A stretch of DNA of 48,823 nt from Promethearchaeota archaeon. Lineage in GTDB: Archaea; Asgardarchaeota; Lokiarchaeia; Sigyniarchaeales; SOKP01. Location of the stretch: assembly GCA_013375475.1 (NCBI GenBank), contig JABXKD010000018.1, positions 306 to 49,128 on the forward strand, in the 5' to 3' direction. The notes beneath the pieces were generated by a model. The model was not told the origin of the DNA. It worked only from the letters and a program-made list of their open reading frames with translations, and ran no database searches. Position numbers and translations under genes: made by a program. The number at the start of each line of letters is the position of its first letter. Within the stretch, counting starts at the first letter, position 1. Positions 19,046 to 29,312 of the stretch are shown here, in pieces.

Positions 19046-20319
19046 GAATCTCCCTCTTTAACATGTTCCATTTTTTTAACAATCAGGTATTTAGAAATAC
19101 CATAAAAAGTTAAAAATAGAAAAAAAGTTCCTACAAAATTAAATGGAAATATTGGATATGTAAAAAGCCAGATCCCAACAAATATAAGATCAAAGAAATT
19201 GAAAAAGAATAAACTAGGTTTAATATAATGTAATAAGTTGGAATGCCTTGGAAGATTGAAAATAATAATCATCATTAAAGGAATAAGATTTAAGAGGTGA
19301 TGATTCCAAGAATCGTAATAAGTGAGTAGCATTATTAACATTCCTATAGAATAGCCATATAAGATAGAATTTTTGGTTCTCCTCCTTAAAATAAAGATAA
19401 AAAATCCTAATCCTCCAATGATACCAGCGGAGGCGATTAATACAGTCAATTGACTAAATGGAATGTTAAACAAAAAACAAAAATTCGTAATTAGTTTTGT
19501 TAAACTGAAAGAATAATTTAAAGCGATAGGATTGCTTCCAGTAAAATTTGTTGAGAGAAAACCCCCCCATAGTTTAGGGAAGGCAACAAATAACACAAAA
19601 TTTGCCAAAACGGGTAATAATACTCCAATTAATCTTATAATGCTTGTAAAAAAATCAAATTTTAACTTTCTTTTCTCCAAATCAAAATGTATTATTAACA
19701 GAAATGGGATTAATAAGAGGGATGTTGGTTTAATTATAATACTAATCCCTAAAATAACGCTTCCAATAAACTGCCACGAGTTCTTTTTATACATAATGAA
19801 AATTAATAACGATATTAAAATGAAAATCGTGACGAATAGATTTATTTGACCGTAAATATAATTTAGAATGTGTGGTACTCCCATCAAGTAAAAACTAAGA
19901 TATAAAATCAATCTTTTATCGTCTTTTTCGTGATCTTGTCTCCGAATAATTTTTATAATTTTATACATAATCAAGCAGATTAAGATGTTAAGAATAAAAT
20001 TAAGGCAATTAAAGAGAATAAAAGCTAAGCCAAAATTTAAGAAAGAAAACGGAACAAAAAATAACGCAGAGAAAGGAAAATACCTAAAATCCCATATGTA
20101 ATTCGTTTGGTTATACAGATTCTCGATGTCTGTGAGAAAAATCCTCCCTGATTGATAAAATATGGCGAAATCATTTAATTGATAAAAAAATAGGAAAAAT
20201 AAAATAATAGACAAAGTAAAATAGATTATTTGAGCTAAAATTGCAAAGCGGAACACTTTTACGTCCCAAAACTCCTTAAGCTTTCCAATTATTCTCGAGA
20301 ATAAAGATAATAAAGTCAT
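19042..20319 (-). CDS. GT87/DUF2029-like GT-C membrane glycosyltransferase, paralog of 16965-18257
   Basis: DFAIFY..G, DFRYFPFSA, YGQIN, IIKPT and WNHH motifs; collinear with the downstream paralog. Confidence 0.85.
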   Translation of the reverse strand: MTLLSLFSRIIGKLKEFWDVKVFRFAILAQIIYFTLSIILFFLFFYQLNDFAIFYQSGRIFLTDIENLYNQTNYIWDFRYFPFSALFFVPFSFLNFGLAFILFNCLNFILNILICLIMYKIIKIIRRQDHEKDDKRLILYLSFYLMGVPHILNYIYGQINLFVTIFILISLLIFIMYKKNSWQFIGSVILGISIIIKPTSLLLIPFLLIIHFDLEKRKLKFDFFTSIIRLIGVLLPVLANFVLFVAFPKLWGGFLSTNFTGSNPIALNYSFSLTKLITNFCFLFNIPFSQLTVLIASAGIIGGLGFFIFILRRRTKNSILYGYSIGMLIMLLTYYDSWNHHLLNLIPLMMIIIFNLPRHSNLLHYIKPSLFFFNFFDLIFVGIWLFTYPIFPFNFVGTFFLFLTFYGISKYLIVKKMEHVKEGDS

Positions 20320-20445
20320 TTACTATTTCATAGATCACTCTTGTTATAAGTTTTAGAATTAGTCCATAACAATTAAATTTTTTAAATTCGGAAAAATAAC
20401 CAATTATAAATCACATAATTTTTGAATCAAAGAGGTATCTAACAA

Positions 20446-21339
20446 ATGAAATTATTAAAAACTCCGGAAATTAGGTTTGAAAACCTTCCTGATTTTCCAT
20501 TTGAACCCCACTATTTAGATGTTAAGAGGATTAGAATTCATTATTTAGACGAAGGGCCAAGGAGCTCAGAATGTGTGTTACTCATGCATGGAGAACCTTC
20601 TTGGTGCTTTTTATATAGATATATGATTCCTATTCTTATAAACGCAGGATACAGAACCTTGGCGCCCGATTTAGTAGGATTTGGGCGATCTGATAAACCA
20701 ACGGAACAAAGCGATCATACTTATCGTAAACATGTTGAGTGGATAATACAATGGGTAAGATTACTAAATCTTCAAAAAATAACTCTATTTTGTCAAGATT
20801 GGGGGTCCTTGATAGGTTTACGTGTTGCTATAGAAAATCAAGACCGATTCAGCAGAATTGTCTTGTCAAACGGAGGACTCCCAACAGGTGAGCAAAGAAT
20901 GAGTGATGCATTTTTAAATTGGAGAGAATTCTCAAGAACCGCAGATAAATTCGATGTTGGAAGGATAGTACAGGGGGGTACAATCAAGAACTTATCGAGA
21001 GATGTCATTAAAGCTTATGATGCGCCATTTCCGGACGACTCTTTTAAAGCTGGAGCTCGGATTATGCCTTCTTTAGTTCCTATTAGTAAAGATGATCCTG
21101 AACACCTAACTAATAAAAAGGCGATAGAGCAGTTTGGAAAATGGAAAAAACCTTTTCTAACAGCATTTTCTGACGGGGATCCTATCACGAAAGGAGGCGA
21201 AAAATTTTGGCAAGAAACCGTACCGGGTGCACAAAGTCAAAATCACACTACGATTAGAGATGCGGGACATTTCGTCCAAGAGGATCGAGGACCGGAACTA
21301 GCTAAACTTATTATAAGATTTATCAAAGATAATCCCTAA
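20446..21339 (+). CDS. Haloalkane dehalogenase family alpha/beta hydrolase
   Basis: HGEPSW, PDLVGFGRSDKP, nucleophile QDWG and AGHFVQED motifs. Confidence 0.92.
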   Translation: MKLLKTPEIRFENLPDFPFEPHYLDVKRIRIHYLDEGPRSSECVLLMHGEPSWCFLYRYMIPILINAGYRTLAPDLVGFGRSDKPTEQSDHTYRKHVEWIIQWVRLLNLQKITLFCQDWGSLIGLRVAIENQDRFSRIVLSNGGLPTGEQRMSDAFLNWREFSRTADKFDVGRIVQGGTIKNLSRDVIKAYDAPFPDDSFKAGARIMPSLVPISKDDPEHLTNKKAIEQFGKWKKPFLTAFSDGDPITKGGEKFWQETVPGAQSQNHTTIRDAGHFVQEDRGPELAKLIIRFIKDNP

Positions 21340-21508
21340 GCTCCTTTAACGAAAAGATTTAACTTCTACTTAAAAATTATTTTTTTTTAATGATTTCTAA
21401 ATGGAAGAAGTATGATAAACTATAATAAGCAAACGATCTAAATATTTTATTAATCATTTATTAGGTTAAAAATTTATTTTAATAAAATGATTGGAATAGT
21501 AGATTTCA

Positions 21509-22771
21509 ATGGGTACAGAACAAGTTTATTTGAAAATTGCTAATACTAAATTAATAAGCTTCAAGAAGTTAGAAGATGGGAGGATTATAGGCACGGGTAT
21601 TTTAAATCCTCTTATTAACAAATTAAGGTTATTCACAATGCTCTATTTACAATCAAAACTCTATAGGAATTATAACAATCTCGCAAGATATAAAGGGATG
21701 ATGGTAACAAATACTTTTGCGCCTCCAGTTGGAAGTCGAGCTCAGTTGCGTGCCCTTAAAGGATTGATTAAATCCCATATACTCGGAAAACCTTTTCCTC
21801 TTGCAATAACTTTTGCTGTGACCTATGATTGTATGTGCAATTGTGTCCATTGCAGTGCTGGAAAACATTACAGAGAGGGGGTACCATACCTCAGCACCGA
21901 GGAAGCTAAAGATCTTATTGATCAAGCCCAAAAACTAGGGATGTCTATAATTGCTTTCACTGGAGGAGAGCCCTTGATCCGGAAGGACCTTTTCGAGTTG
22001 ATCTCTTACGTTAATAAGAAAAAAACAATGCCTATTATGTTCACCAATGGATTATTGCTTACAGATGAAAATGTGGATAAATTAGTTGATGCAGGACTTT
22101 ACTCTATTTTTGTTAGCATTGATAGTCCCATTCCAGAGGAACATAATAGACTTAGAGGAATGCCAGGAATTTTTGAACAAGCAATTAAAGGGATTAAAAG
22201 ATTAAAATCAAAGGGGGTATTAGTAGGATTATCTTCCTATGCGACTCGTTCAGCAACCGAAAAAGGGATGTATAAAAAAATACACGAACTAGGGAAAGAA
22301 TTAGGAGTTCATAATATAATTCTCTTTGATGGAGTACCTACAGGAAATATGTTAAAAGACACCAGTGAGCTATTAACGCAAAGTTTGCACGAAGAGATTC
22401 ATGCTTATTCTGCTAAAATTTTTAAGAATAAAATTATTCCTCCTCTTTCCTCTCAAGCATGGCAGAACTCTGTAGAAGGAGTTTTGTCAGGAATCGGTTG
22501 CCTAGCTGCGAATATCCAATGTTATGCCTCAGCTTATGGTGATATAGCTCCCTGTGATTTTACTCCAATCTCTTTTGGTAATATTCATGAGCAATCTTTA
22601 AAGAGAATATGGAAATCAATGATAAATCATCCCGCTTATACTCATAGAAGTGATTTTTGTCGAATGCAGAATCCTCAATTCCGTCATACCTATATAGATC
22701 CTATCCCTGAGGACGCTAAACTACCATATCCGATAGAAAAGCTTCCCCGTGTAGATTATCGGAGTTACTAG
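21509..22771 (+). CDS. Radical SAM protein with SPASM/twitch domain
   Basis: CMCNCVHC, FTGGEP, TNG and GCLA..GDIAPC..FGNI motifs. Confidence 0.92.
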   Translation: MGTEQVYLKIANTKLISFKKLEDGRIIGTGILNPLINKLRLFTMLYLQSKLYRNYNNLARYKGMMVTNTFAPPVGSRAQLRALKGLIKSHILGKPFPLAITFAVTYDCMCNCVHCSAGKHYREGVPYLSTEEAKDLIDQAQKLGMSIIAFTGGEPLIRKDLFELISYVNKKKTMPIMFTNGLLLTDENVDKLVDAGLYSIFVSIDSPIPEEHNRLRGMPGIFEQAIKGIKRLKSKGVLVGLSSYATRSATEKGMYKKIHELGKELGVHNIILFDGVPTGNMLKDTSELLTQSLHEEIHAYSAKIFKNKIIPPLSSQAWQNSVEGVLSGIGCLAANIQCYASAYGDIAPCDFTPISFGNIHEQSLKRIWKSMINHPAYTHRSDFCRMQNPQFRHTYIDPIPEDAKLPYPIEKLPRVDYRSY

Positions 22772-22793
22772 AATAAAGTAGAAAAAAATAAAA

Positions 22794-23597
22794 TTAATTA
22801 TTCTCTATTATGGCAACAGGTCTTACCCACGCAGCACTTGCTCCTAAAATTTTAATAGGAAAACAACTTATCTTGAATCCATAGGACGGAAGTTTATCTA
22901 AATTAGTCAATTTTTCCATCTGATAATATTCTCTCTCAATACCCGCGTAATGACCTTCCCAAATTAGACTTTTATCTCCTGTCTCACGGAATTCTTTAGC
23001 TTGAATATGAAAAGGACGATCCCAACCCGCTGCGTCAGTTCCAACTACTTTTATCCCCTGATCGACAAGCCAAATTGTCCCTTCTCGCCCTACTCCCGTG
23101 TAATCTGTCCAATATTTTAGAGTATCCCAATATTTATCAGCACCAGTCCGAATAAGAACAATATCTAAGGATTTTAATGTATAATCTATTTTTTGAAGAG
23201 CTTCTTGAATATCATCAGAGCTTATTAAATCCCCTGGCTCTTTATGTGTCATGTCTAACACAACCCCATCACTGAAACAGTATTCGATAGGGATTTCATC
23301 AATAGTTTTTGATTTTTTCCCTTCACTTGTCGGATGGTAATGCCATGGAGCGTCCATATGTGTGCCCATATGAACTCCCAAAGATAAAAAATCATCAGCC
23401 CAGGCTAATCCATCCGGAAGATCTTCACCGGAAATTCCTGGAAATGATTTAACCATAATGGACACATTTTCTTTATGACTTGCGTGTTTTATCTTTGCAG
23501 ATAAATTTTCTTCAAGATATTTAAATTTTGGTGGCAAATCACCTAGGCCTTCCTTAATTTCCAAACTCAAATCGACAAATCGTGTATTATTAACCAT
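22794..23597 (-). CDS. Cyclase / kynurenine formamidase-like metal hydrolase
   Basis: HMGTHMDAPWH, VLIRTG, VGTD and EKLTNL motifs. Confidence 0.9.
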   Translation of the reverse strand: MVNNTRFVDLSLEIKEGLGDLPPKFKYLEENLSAKIKHASHKENVSIMVKSFPGISGEDLPDGLAWADDFLSLGVHMGTHMDAPWHYHPTSEGKKSKTIDEIPIEYCFSDGVVLDMTHKEPGDLISSDDIQEALQKIDYTLKSLDIVLIRTGADKYWDTLKYWTDYTGVGREGTIWLVDQGIKVVGTDAAGWDRPFHIQAKEFRETGDKSLIWEGHYAGIEREYYQMEKLTNLDKLPSYGFKISCFPIKILGASAAWVRPVAIIENN

Positions 23598-23858
23598 CTT
23601 AATAAATACTCCTTAGCTTTTAATACATTTAATAATTTTCACCTTAAATACAATGGAAGAATGAGTTAAAAATTCTATTTAATCTTTTAGAAAATATAAG
23701 AAATGAGTGAGATTGATTTAGATATAGAACTCAGAAATACTAGGAAACATATTTCCAATAATATAAAGAATTAAATCTCTTATTTTTTTTTGAAAAAAGT
23801 TAAAACAAGGAGAAAATTTACTTATTTAGTTAAATATTATCTTAGAAGGAATTAAGAA

Positions 23859-25286
23859 ATGTCATTTATACAGAGTAAAGAGATGAAATCAACTTTTGGG
23901 ATTATTTTAGGAAATAGAGATGTATTTCCAGATCATTTAGTAAAAACGGGTAGAAGTGATATAATAGAGGTAATGAATGAATTAGGATATAATTATGTTA
24001 TTTTGAATAAAGAAGATACGCCATTAGGGGCAGTAGAGACTTACTCAGATGCTAAAAAGTGTGCAGAACTTTTCAAAAAGAATTCTGATAAAATTTCGGG
24101 GATAATTTTATGTCTTTGCAATTTTGGTGACGAGAAAGCTATAGCAAACGCTATAAAGCTATCAGAATTGAATGTTCCAATCCTCGTTCAAGCGTCTTCA
24201 GATGAGATCGAAAAAATGGGGAGAGAATTTCGAAGAGATGCTTTTTGCGGAAAAATATCCGTATGTAGCGTGTTGTACCAACATGGAATTCCATTTACTC
24301 TAACGGGAACACATACTTGCTCAATTACCTCAAAGCAATTTAAAGTAGATATGCTTCAGTTTGCTAGCGTATGTAAAATTGTAAAAAAACTTAAGAATGT
24401 AAGATTTGGACAAATTGGTACCAGACCCAACGCTTTTGAAACCGTGAGATATAGCGAAAAAATTTTGGAATTCCATGGTATAACCATAGAACCAATTGAT
24501 TTGTCTGAAATATTTGGAGAAATTAGCAGACTAGAGGATAACAATTCAAAAGTAAAGGAAAAAATAGAGTTCATTAAAAATTATACCCCTACTACAACAT
24601 TTCCTGAAGATGGATTATTAAAACTAGCAAAATTAGCCGTTGTTGTAGAAAAGTGGGTCTCAGAAAATGAATTAGATGGATTTGCTTTTCAATGTTGGCC
24701 TTCTATTCAAGATAATTTTGGAATTGTACCATGCGCCGTAATGAGCATGTTTAGCGAAGGATTAGTGCCCGCTGCTTGTGAAGTTGATATTTCGGGACTA
24801 ATTGGGATGTATATTTTACAACTTGCAACTGATACACCCTCAGCGATTTTAGATTGGAATAATAATTACGGAGATGATCCTAACAAAATGGTGCTCTTTC
24901 ATTGTAGTAATCTTCCAAAATCGTTTTTTAAAGACACTAAAATGACAATACACCCTATTATTTCAGATCTCAAGGGAGGTGATCTTAGTTTTGGAGCTAT
25001 TCAAGGTAGAATTAAATCTGAACCTTGTACGTTATTAAGGATCGAGACAGACGATATTTACGGAGAAATAAAAGCTTTATTAGTAGAAGGTAATTACACC
25101 GATGATCTTTTAGATACATTTGGAGGCTATGGCGTAATAGAAATTCCTAATTTACAAGATGTTTTGAAAGTACTATGTAAAGAAGGATTCGCTCACCATG
25201 TAGCCGCCTCGTTAAACAGTGTTGCAGATATCATATCTGAAGCTCTTTCAAACTATTTAGGATGGGATTTAATTTACCCAAAATAA
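23859..25286 (+). CDS. L-fucose/L-arabinose isomerase family protein
   Basis: NFGDE, RRDAFCGKIS, QCW, ACEVD, FHC and GFAHH motifs. Confidence 0.88.
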   Translation: MSFIQSKEMKSTFGIILGNRDVFPDHLVKTGRSDIIEVMNELGYNYVILNKEDTPLGAVETYSDAKKCAELFKKNSDKISGIILCLCNFGDEKAIANAIKLSELNVPILVQASSDEIEKMGREFRRDAFCGKISVCSVLYQHGIPFTLTGTHTCSITSKQFKVDMLQFASVCKIVKKLKNVRFGQIGTRPNAFETVRYSEKILEFHGITIEPIDLSEIFGEISRLEDNNSKVKEKIEFIKNYTPTTTFPEDGLLKLAKLAVVVEKWVSENELDGFAFQCWPSIQDNFGIVPCAVMSMFSEGLVPAACEVDISGLIGMYILQLATDTPSAILDWNNNYGDDPNKMVLFHCSNLPKSFFKDTKMTIHPIISDLKGGDLSFGAIQGRIKSEPCTLLRIETDDIYGEIKALLVEGNYTDDLLDTFGGYGVIEIPNLQDVLKVLCKEGFAHHVAASLNSVADIISEALSNYLGWDLIYPK

Positions 25287-25292
25287 ATATCA

Positions 25293-26381
25293 CTACTTTC
25301 TTTTTATTTTCAATTCTTTTTCAAAAAAGCCTGAATTAATTAATTCCTTTTTTTCTTCGTCAATGTGAGCATAAGATTCAATTAAATCTTTTGGGTTTGT
25401 AGAATTTTGTTCATTTTTTCTAATATTAATTAACCTCTTCCGGGTTAAGTATATTGAGTATTTTGAAATATCACAACCTATCCACTTTCTATTTAATTTA
25501 TCAGCAACCATTATAGTAGTTCCAGAACCACAGAAAAAATCCGCCACAATATCTCCTTCGTTACTGCCAATTTTAATTATCCGCTCTAGCAAATCGTGGT
25601 GCTTTTGTGTTGGAAAACCGGTCCACTCTTTTGAAGCAGGTTGCAAACAAGGTATTTTCCAAACATCGTCTAATTTTTTGTCTGTTACAGTTCTATAGAT
25701 AACATGACCATTTTCATCCTTAGCATTTTTCAATACTCCATTTACCATTTCTCGTTTAAGCTGTTTTGTAGGTTTTTTACGGTGGATTCTTTGTTCGTTA
25801 AAAGTAAAATTCGACGATTTCGAATACACCAAAATATTATCATGTGCCCGAGGAAGGTTTTTTTTTCCAGCAGAATATTTATTGTAATAGTACCAGATAA
25901 TTTCATTTATGAATCGATTCTTTCCAAAAATTTCATCTAAGATTAATTTCATATAATGACTTGCGTGCCAGTCAAGATGAATAAAAATTACACCGTTTTT
26001 TGATAATAGCTTCTTAAAATTAGTAATCCTTTCGTATAGCATTTGTAAATACGAGTCTAAGTCCTTATTCCAGCAATCAAAATAAGCTATCGAATCATAT
26101 TTAGTGGCTCCTTCTAAAACACTAATATTGTAATTGGAGCCCGAAAAGAAAGGGGGGTCGAGGTAAATCAAATCAATTTTTTCTTCGAAATTATTCAGTA
26201 AGTGATATGATACATTTAAATTATCACCCCAAAATAACATGTTTTTCCAATTTTGGTTATTACTAGCCTTTTTACGCTGAGATATCACTTCAATTCTGGT
26301 ATAGTAATCTCGATATGTGGTTTTTAATTTAGAATAATTATTTAAGGGGTCCTTCTTGTTTTCCCAGATTAGCTTTACCAT
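25293..26381 (-). CDS. Site-specific N6-adenine/N4-cytosine DNA methyltransferase (beta class), orphan
   Basis: IYLDPPF (motif IV) precedes FPTQK and DFFCGSGTT (motif I). No adjacent endonuclease. Confidence 0.9.
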   Translation of the reverse strand: MVKLIWENKKDPLNNYSKLKTTYRDYYTRIEVISQRKKASNNQNWKNMLFWGDNLNVSYHLLNNFEEKIDLIYLDPPFFSGSNYNISVLEGATKYDSIAYFDCWNKDLDSYLQMLYERITNFKKLLSKNGVIFIHLDWHASHYMKLILDEIFGKNRFINEIIWYYYNKYSAGKKNLPRAHDNILVYSKSSNFTFNEQRIHRKKPTKQLKREMVNGVLKNAKDENGHVIYRTVTDKKLDDVWKIPCLQPASKEWTGFPTQKHHDLLERIIKIGSNEGDIVADFFCGSGTTIMVADKLNRKWIGCDISKYSIYLTRKRLINIRKNEQNSTNPKDLIESYAHIDEEKKELINSGFFEKELKIKRK

Positions 26382-26411
26382 GATTAACCAATAATTTAAG
26401 ATTAAAAGAAA

Positions 26412-27683
26412 TTAAAAAATTGATAGATTAAATATATTTATCGTAACAAATGTCATTGAAATCAGGATACTTATGGTAATGATAATGTAAATGATTAGAT
26501 GAATGAGATATATTTTTTTGTTTTTCTTTTCATCCAAAGATCTTGTAGAATAAAAAATCTTATTCAAAATTGCCGCAGATAATCCAATTGTTAACATCAA
26601 TAACGCGTTTCCTAAGTTAATTAGATTTTTATAAAATGCAGATGCTACAAATAGAGAGGACGCTCCTCCAGAAAGTAATCCTATTCCAAATACAATCAGA
26701 TAATAAGTAAGATAATTTAATTCAAAAAAGCTTAACACGATTGATAAAACTAATCCAATCAAATATGTTCCTGCAAAAACTAAAGCGCTTTTAATTGATA
26801 AAGGATTTTTTATTTTTTCAAGAGTTAATTGAGTTTCTTTATTTCTTAAAATTAAAAACGATCCAATTAAACCTATAATTGATGTAATTAGAATAGGATA
26901 CAAGGCATAACCTAATAAAGTAGGTGTGATCATTAGAACAATAATCATTCTTATTAGCATAGTTTGAATAACAAGCCAAATTGATGAAGAAGATGCGCCA
27001 ATTCCCGCTAACTCAACGGTTGTGGCCTCGCTGTGAGCGAAACCTCCTAAAAATGAGATATAATATAGATTTTTTTCAGTTGTACTTTTTAATAAAAAAT
27101 AACTGAAATATTTTACAGCCAAAATTACGATAAAGATTATTATGATTGATTTAACAACAATACCAAAAATTTCAAGGTTATCTGGAATTAGAATATAAAG
27201 TAAAACTACGATTGCAATAAATTCAACGGTTCCAGTCCATTCAATTTCCTTCAATCTTCTGATTTTATGGAACTGTTTTTTTGTAGAAAGAATAATTAAA
27301 AATATAACAGAAATGGCAATAGCAAGATATTCACTATAATAACACAAAATACCAACAATCATTGCCAGCATCATTGATAGAGTAGATGTATACCCTGGAT
27401 CTCCTTCCCGAAATAATCTATATATAGACCCAATCAACAAAAAAGTGATCATTCCACCTAAAAACAAAACAATAATGATAAATCCTTCAGATACAGGGAA
27501 AAAGATATCATGCAGTATTATTAATGAAGTCGAAATCATTGAGAAAAAAATGTGATCTCGAGCACCGTATTGGGCTTCCACCCTAGTACGCTCTATCCCT
27601 ATAACGAAACCACAGAAAAACGACACAATGATTTTAAAGAATAAAATATAAAAATCCTCTAAAGATATTATTTGAAATAACAT
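26412..27683 (-). CDS. MgtC/SapB plus DUF4010-like membrane protein
   Basis: GFVIGIER..GARDH, PGYTS, LGGFAHSEATT and NPLSIKSALVF motifs. Confidence 0.85.
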   Translation of the reverse strand: MLFQIISLEDFYILFFKIIVSFFCGFVIGIERTRVEAQYGARDHIFFSMISTSLIILHDIFFPVSEGFIIIVLFLGGMITFLLIGSIYRLFREGDPGYTSTLSMMLAMIVGILCYYSEYLAIAISVIFLIILSTKKQFHKIRRLKEIEWTGTVEFIAIVVLLYILIPDNLEIFGIVVKSIIIIFIVILAVKYFSYFLLKSTTEKNLYYISFLGGFAHSEATTVELAGIGASSSSIWLVIQTMLIRMIIVLMITPTLLGYALYPILITSIIGLIGSFLILRNKETQLTLEKIKNPLSIKSALVFAGTYLIGLVLSIVLSFFELNYLTYYLIVFGIGLLSGGASSLFVASAFYKNLINLGNALLMLTIGLSAAILNKIFYSTRSLDEKKNKKIYLIHLIIYIIITISILISMTFVTINIFNLSIF

Positions 27684-27786
27684 TTAAATCTCCATTTTGC
27701 TTATCATTTAACAGAATTTATATATATGACTCATTATTTGGATGTCAAATCTTAAATAAATTAAAAAATAAAACAAGAAAGAATAT

Positions 27787-28497
27787 TTAATATTGCTTAC
27801 CTGCAAGTATATCTTCCAATTCCTTATCGCTTAAAAATCCCTTAATTGACATAGTTTCTCTAATTCTTTCAACAACTTGAGGTGCTCCTTTTGCTTCTTC
27901 AATATAATCCTCTAAAGATTTTACTTTGAGTCCAATTGCTTCTATCTCTTTATTCTTTGCTTCAATTTCGTTCCTAAGCTGAGTAATTTCTGCTTCTTTA
28001 TTATTTAATTGTTCCGTTAGTTCGTCTTTTAAGCTTTCTATTTCAACATATTTATCAGAAATAGTTTGTTGTAGATCCTTTTTGACTCCTTCAAGTTCCC
28101 GTTCTTTTTGTTCGTAATCTTCTTTGAGACTACCTACTTGAGGTTCTAATTCCTCTAACTTTCCTTTAGCAATAGAGTATTCGTTTTTAATATTTGAATG
28201 TTCTTTCTTTAAGCTATCTAACTCTGTACGCATTGTGCTATTTTCTTCTTTTGTGGAATTCAACTCACTTTTGATAGAGGTTAGTTCTTGTGTTGTGGTG
28301 TTAAGTTCTGTTTCATTTCGAGATAATTCTACTTTAGTTTGACTTAGCTCCTTGGAAATAATATCGACATTTTTCTCTCTCTGCTTTAACTGTTGTTCAA
28401 CATCATCAATTTTTGCTCTAAGGTCTAATAGAAATCGTCCCTCAATTTTTTGGGTCTTTTCAGGGCTTTCTGACGCTTTTTCCCAGTCTATCGAAAT
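27787..28497 (-). CDS. Coiled-coil protein with conserved head and tail (paralog A), extended to a probable ATT start
   Basis: The frame continues upstream of 28263 as (I)SIDWEKASESPEKTQKIEGRFLLDLRAKI, aligning with the N-terminus of 28650-29312. In-frame TGA upstream, with no ATG/GTG/TTG between it and this motif. Confidence 0.8.
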   Translation of the reverse strand: MSIDWEKASESPEKTQKIEGRFLLDLRAKIDDVEQQLKQREKNVDIISKELSQTKVELSRNETELNTTTQELTSIKSELNSTKEENSTMRTELDSLKKEHSNIKNEYSIAKGKLEELEPQVGSLKEDYEQKERELEGVKKDLQQTISDKYVEIESLKDELTEQLNNKEAEITQLRNEIEAKNKEIEAIGLKVKSLEDYIEEAKGAPQVVERIRETMSIKGFLSDKELEDILAGKQY

Positions 28498-28649
28498 TTT
28501 TCTTACACCTTCATTTATTTTCTTTTTATTTCATTATTTTATATTAATATTCTTACGATATACAATATATATTTTTTTCAAGATATTTATTTGCTCACAT
28601 TTAATTATAGGGTTAGTTTTATTTACCCAAGTTTGTTGTGTTATGGAGA

Positions 28650-29312
28650 TCACTCAAATTCGCTCAAAATTTTTTCGATCTCACGATCAGTAATAAATCC
28701 TTTATGTACCATCAAATCTCTTATGCTTTCCAAAATTTTGGGAGATGACTCTGCTTCATTAAGCTTACTTTCAAGGGAATTTATTTTTTTAATGAATTCC
28801 TCTGTCTCCATTTGATTCATTTTAATATTTTCGTTAAGTTTGTCTATTTCTTTTTTTCTATTTACCAAATCTTCTTTATTGTTTTCAATTTGTTTATCCT
28901 TAAACTTTATGCTCTGTTCCATCTCACTATTTTTCTCAGATGTAAATTTTAATTCGCTCTCTAATTTTGTAATAGTACTATTAGCTTCCTTTAAATTAGA
29001 TTCAAGTTCTTCAAGTTTAGGCTTTATTCGAGTTAATTCTATGTCAGTATTTAGTTTGTTTTCAGACACATTATCTAGATTTTTTTTAGCTGATGAAAAT
29101 TTTTCGCTAATCTTAACTAGGCTCTTTTCCCTCCCAGTTAATTTATTCTGAGTTTCTTTTAATTCTTCTCTAGTCTTCTTAAAATCCTCTTTTAATTTTA
29201 GTAATTCCCTCTCTAACTCGTTGATTTTAGCCCGTAAATCTAATAAAACTCTACCTTCTATTTTTTGAGCTTTATCAGGTGCTAATTCTGCGCGTTCCCA
29301 ATTTATGCTCAT
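28650..29312 (-). CDS. Coiled-coil protein with conserved head and tail (paralog B)
   Basis: Head MSINWERAELAPDKAQKIEGRVLLDLRAKI, heptad-rich rod, tail KGFITDREIEKIL. Confidence 0.88.
   Translation of the reverse strand: MSINWERAELAPDKAQKIEGRVLLDLRAKINELERELLKLKEDFKKTREELKETQNKLTGREKSLVKISEKFSSAKKNLDNVSENKLNTDIELTRIKPKLEELESNLKEANSTITKLESELKFTSEKNSEMEQSIKFKDKQIENNKEDLVNRKKEIDKLNENIKMNQMETEEFIKKINSLESKLNEAESSPKILESIRDLMVHKGFITDREIEKILSEFE

Noticed and set aside
28352-29151. Plus-strand ORFs 28352-28693, 28591-28815 and 28840-29151
   Set aside because: Antisense shadows of the coiled-coil genes, with S/F/L-rich composition.
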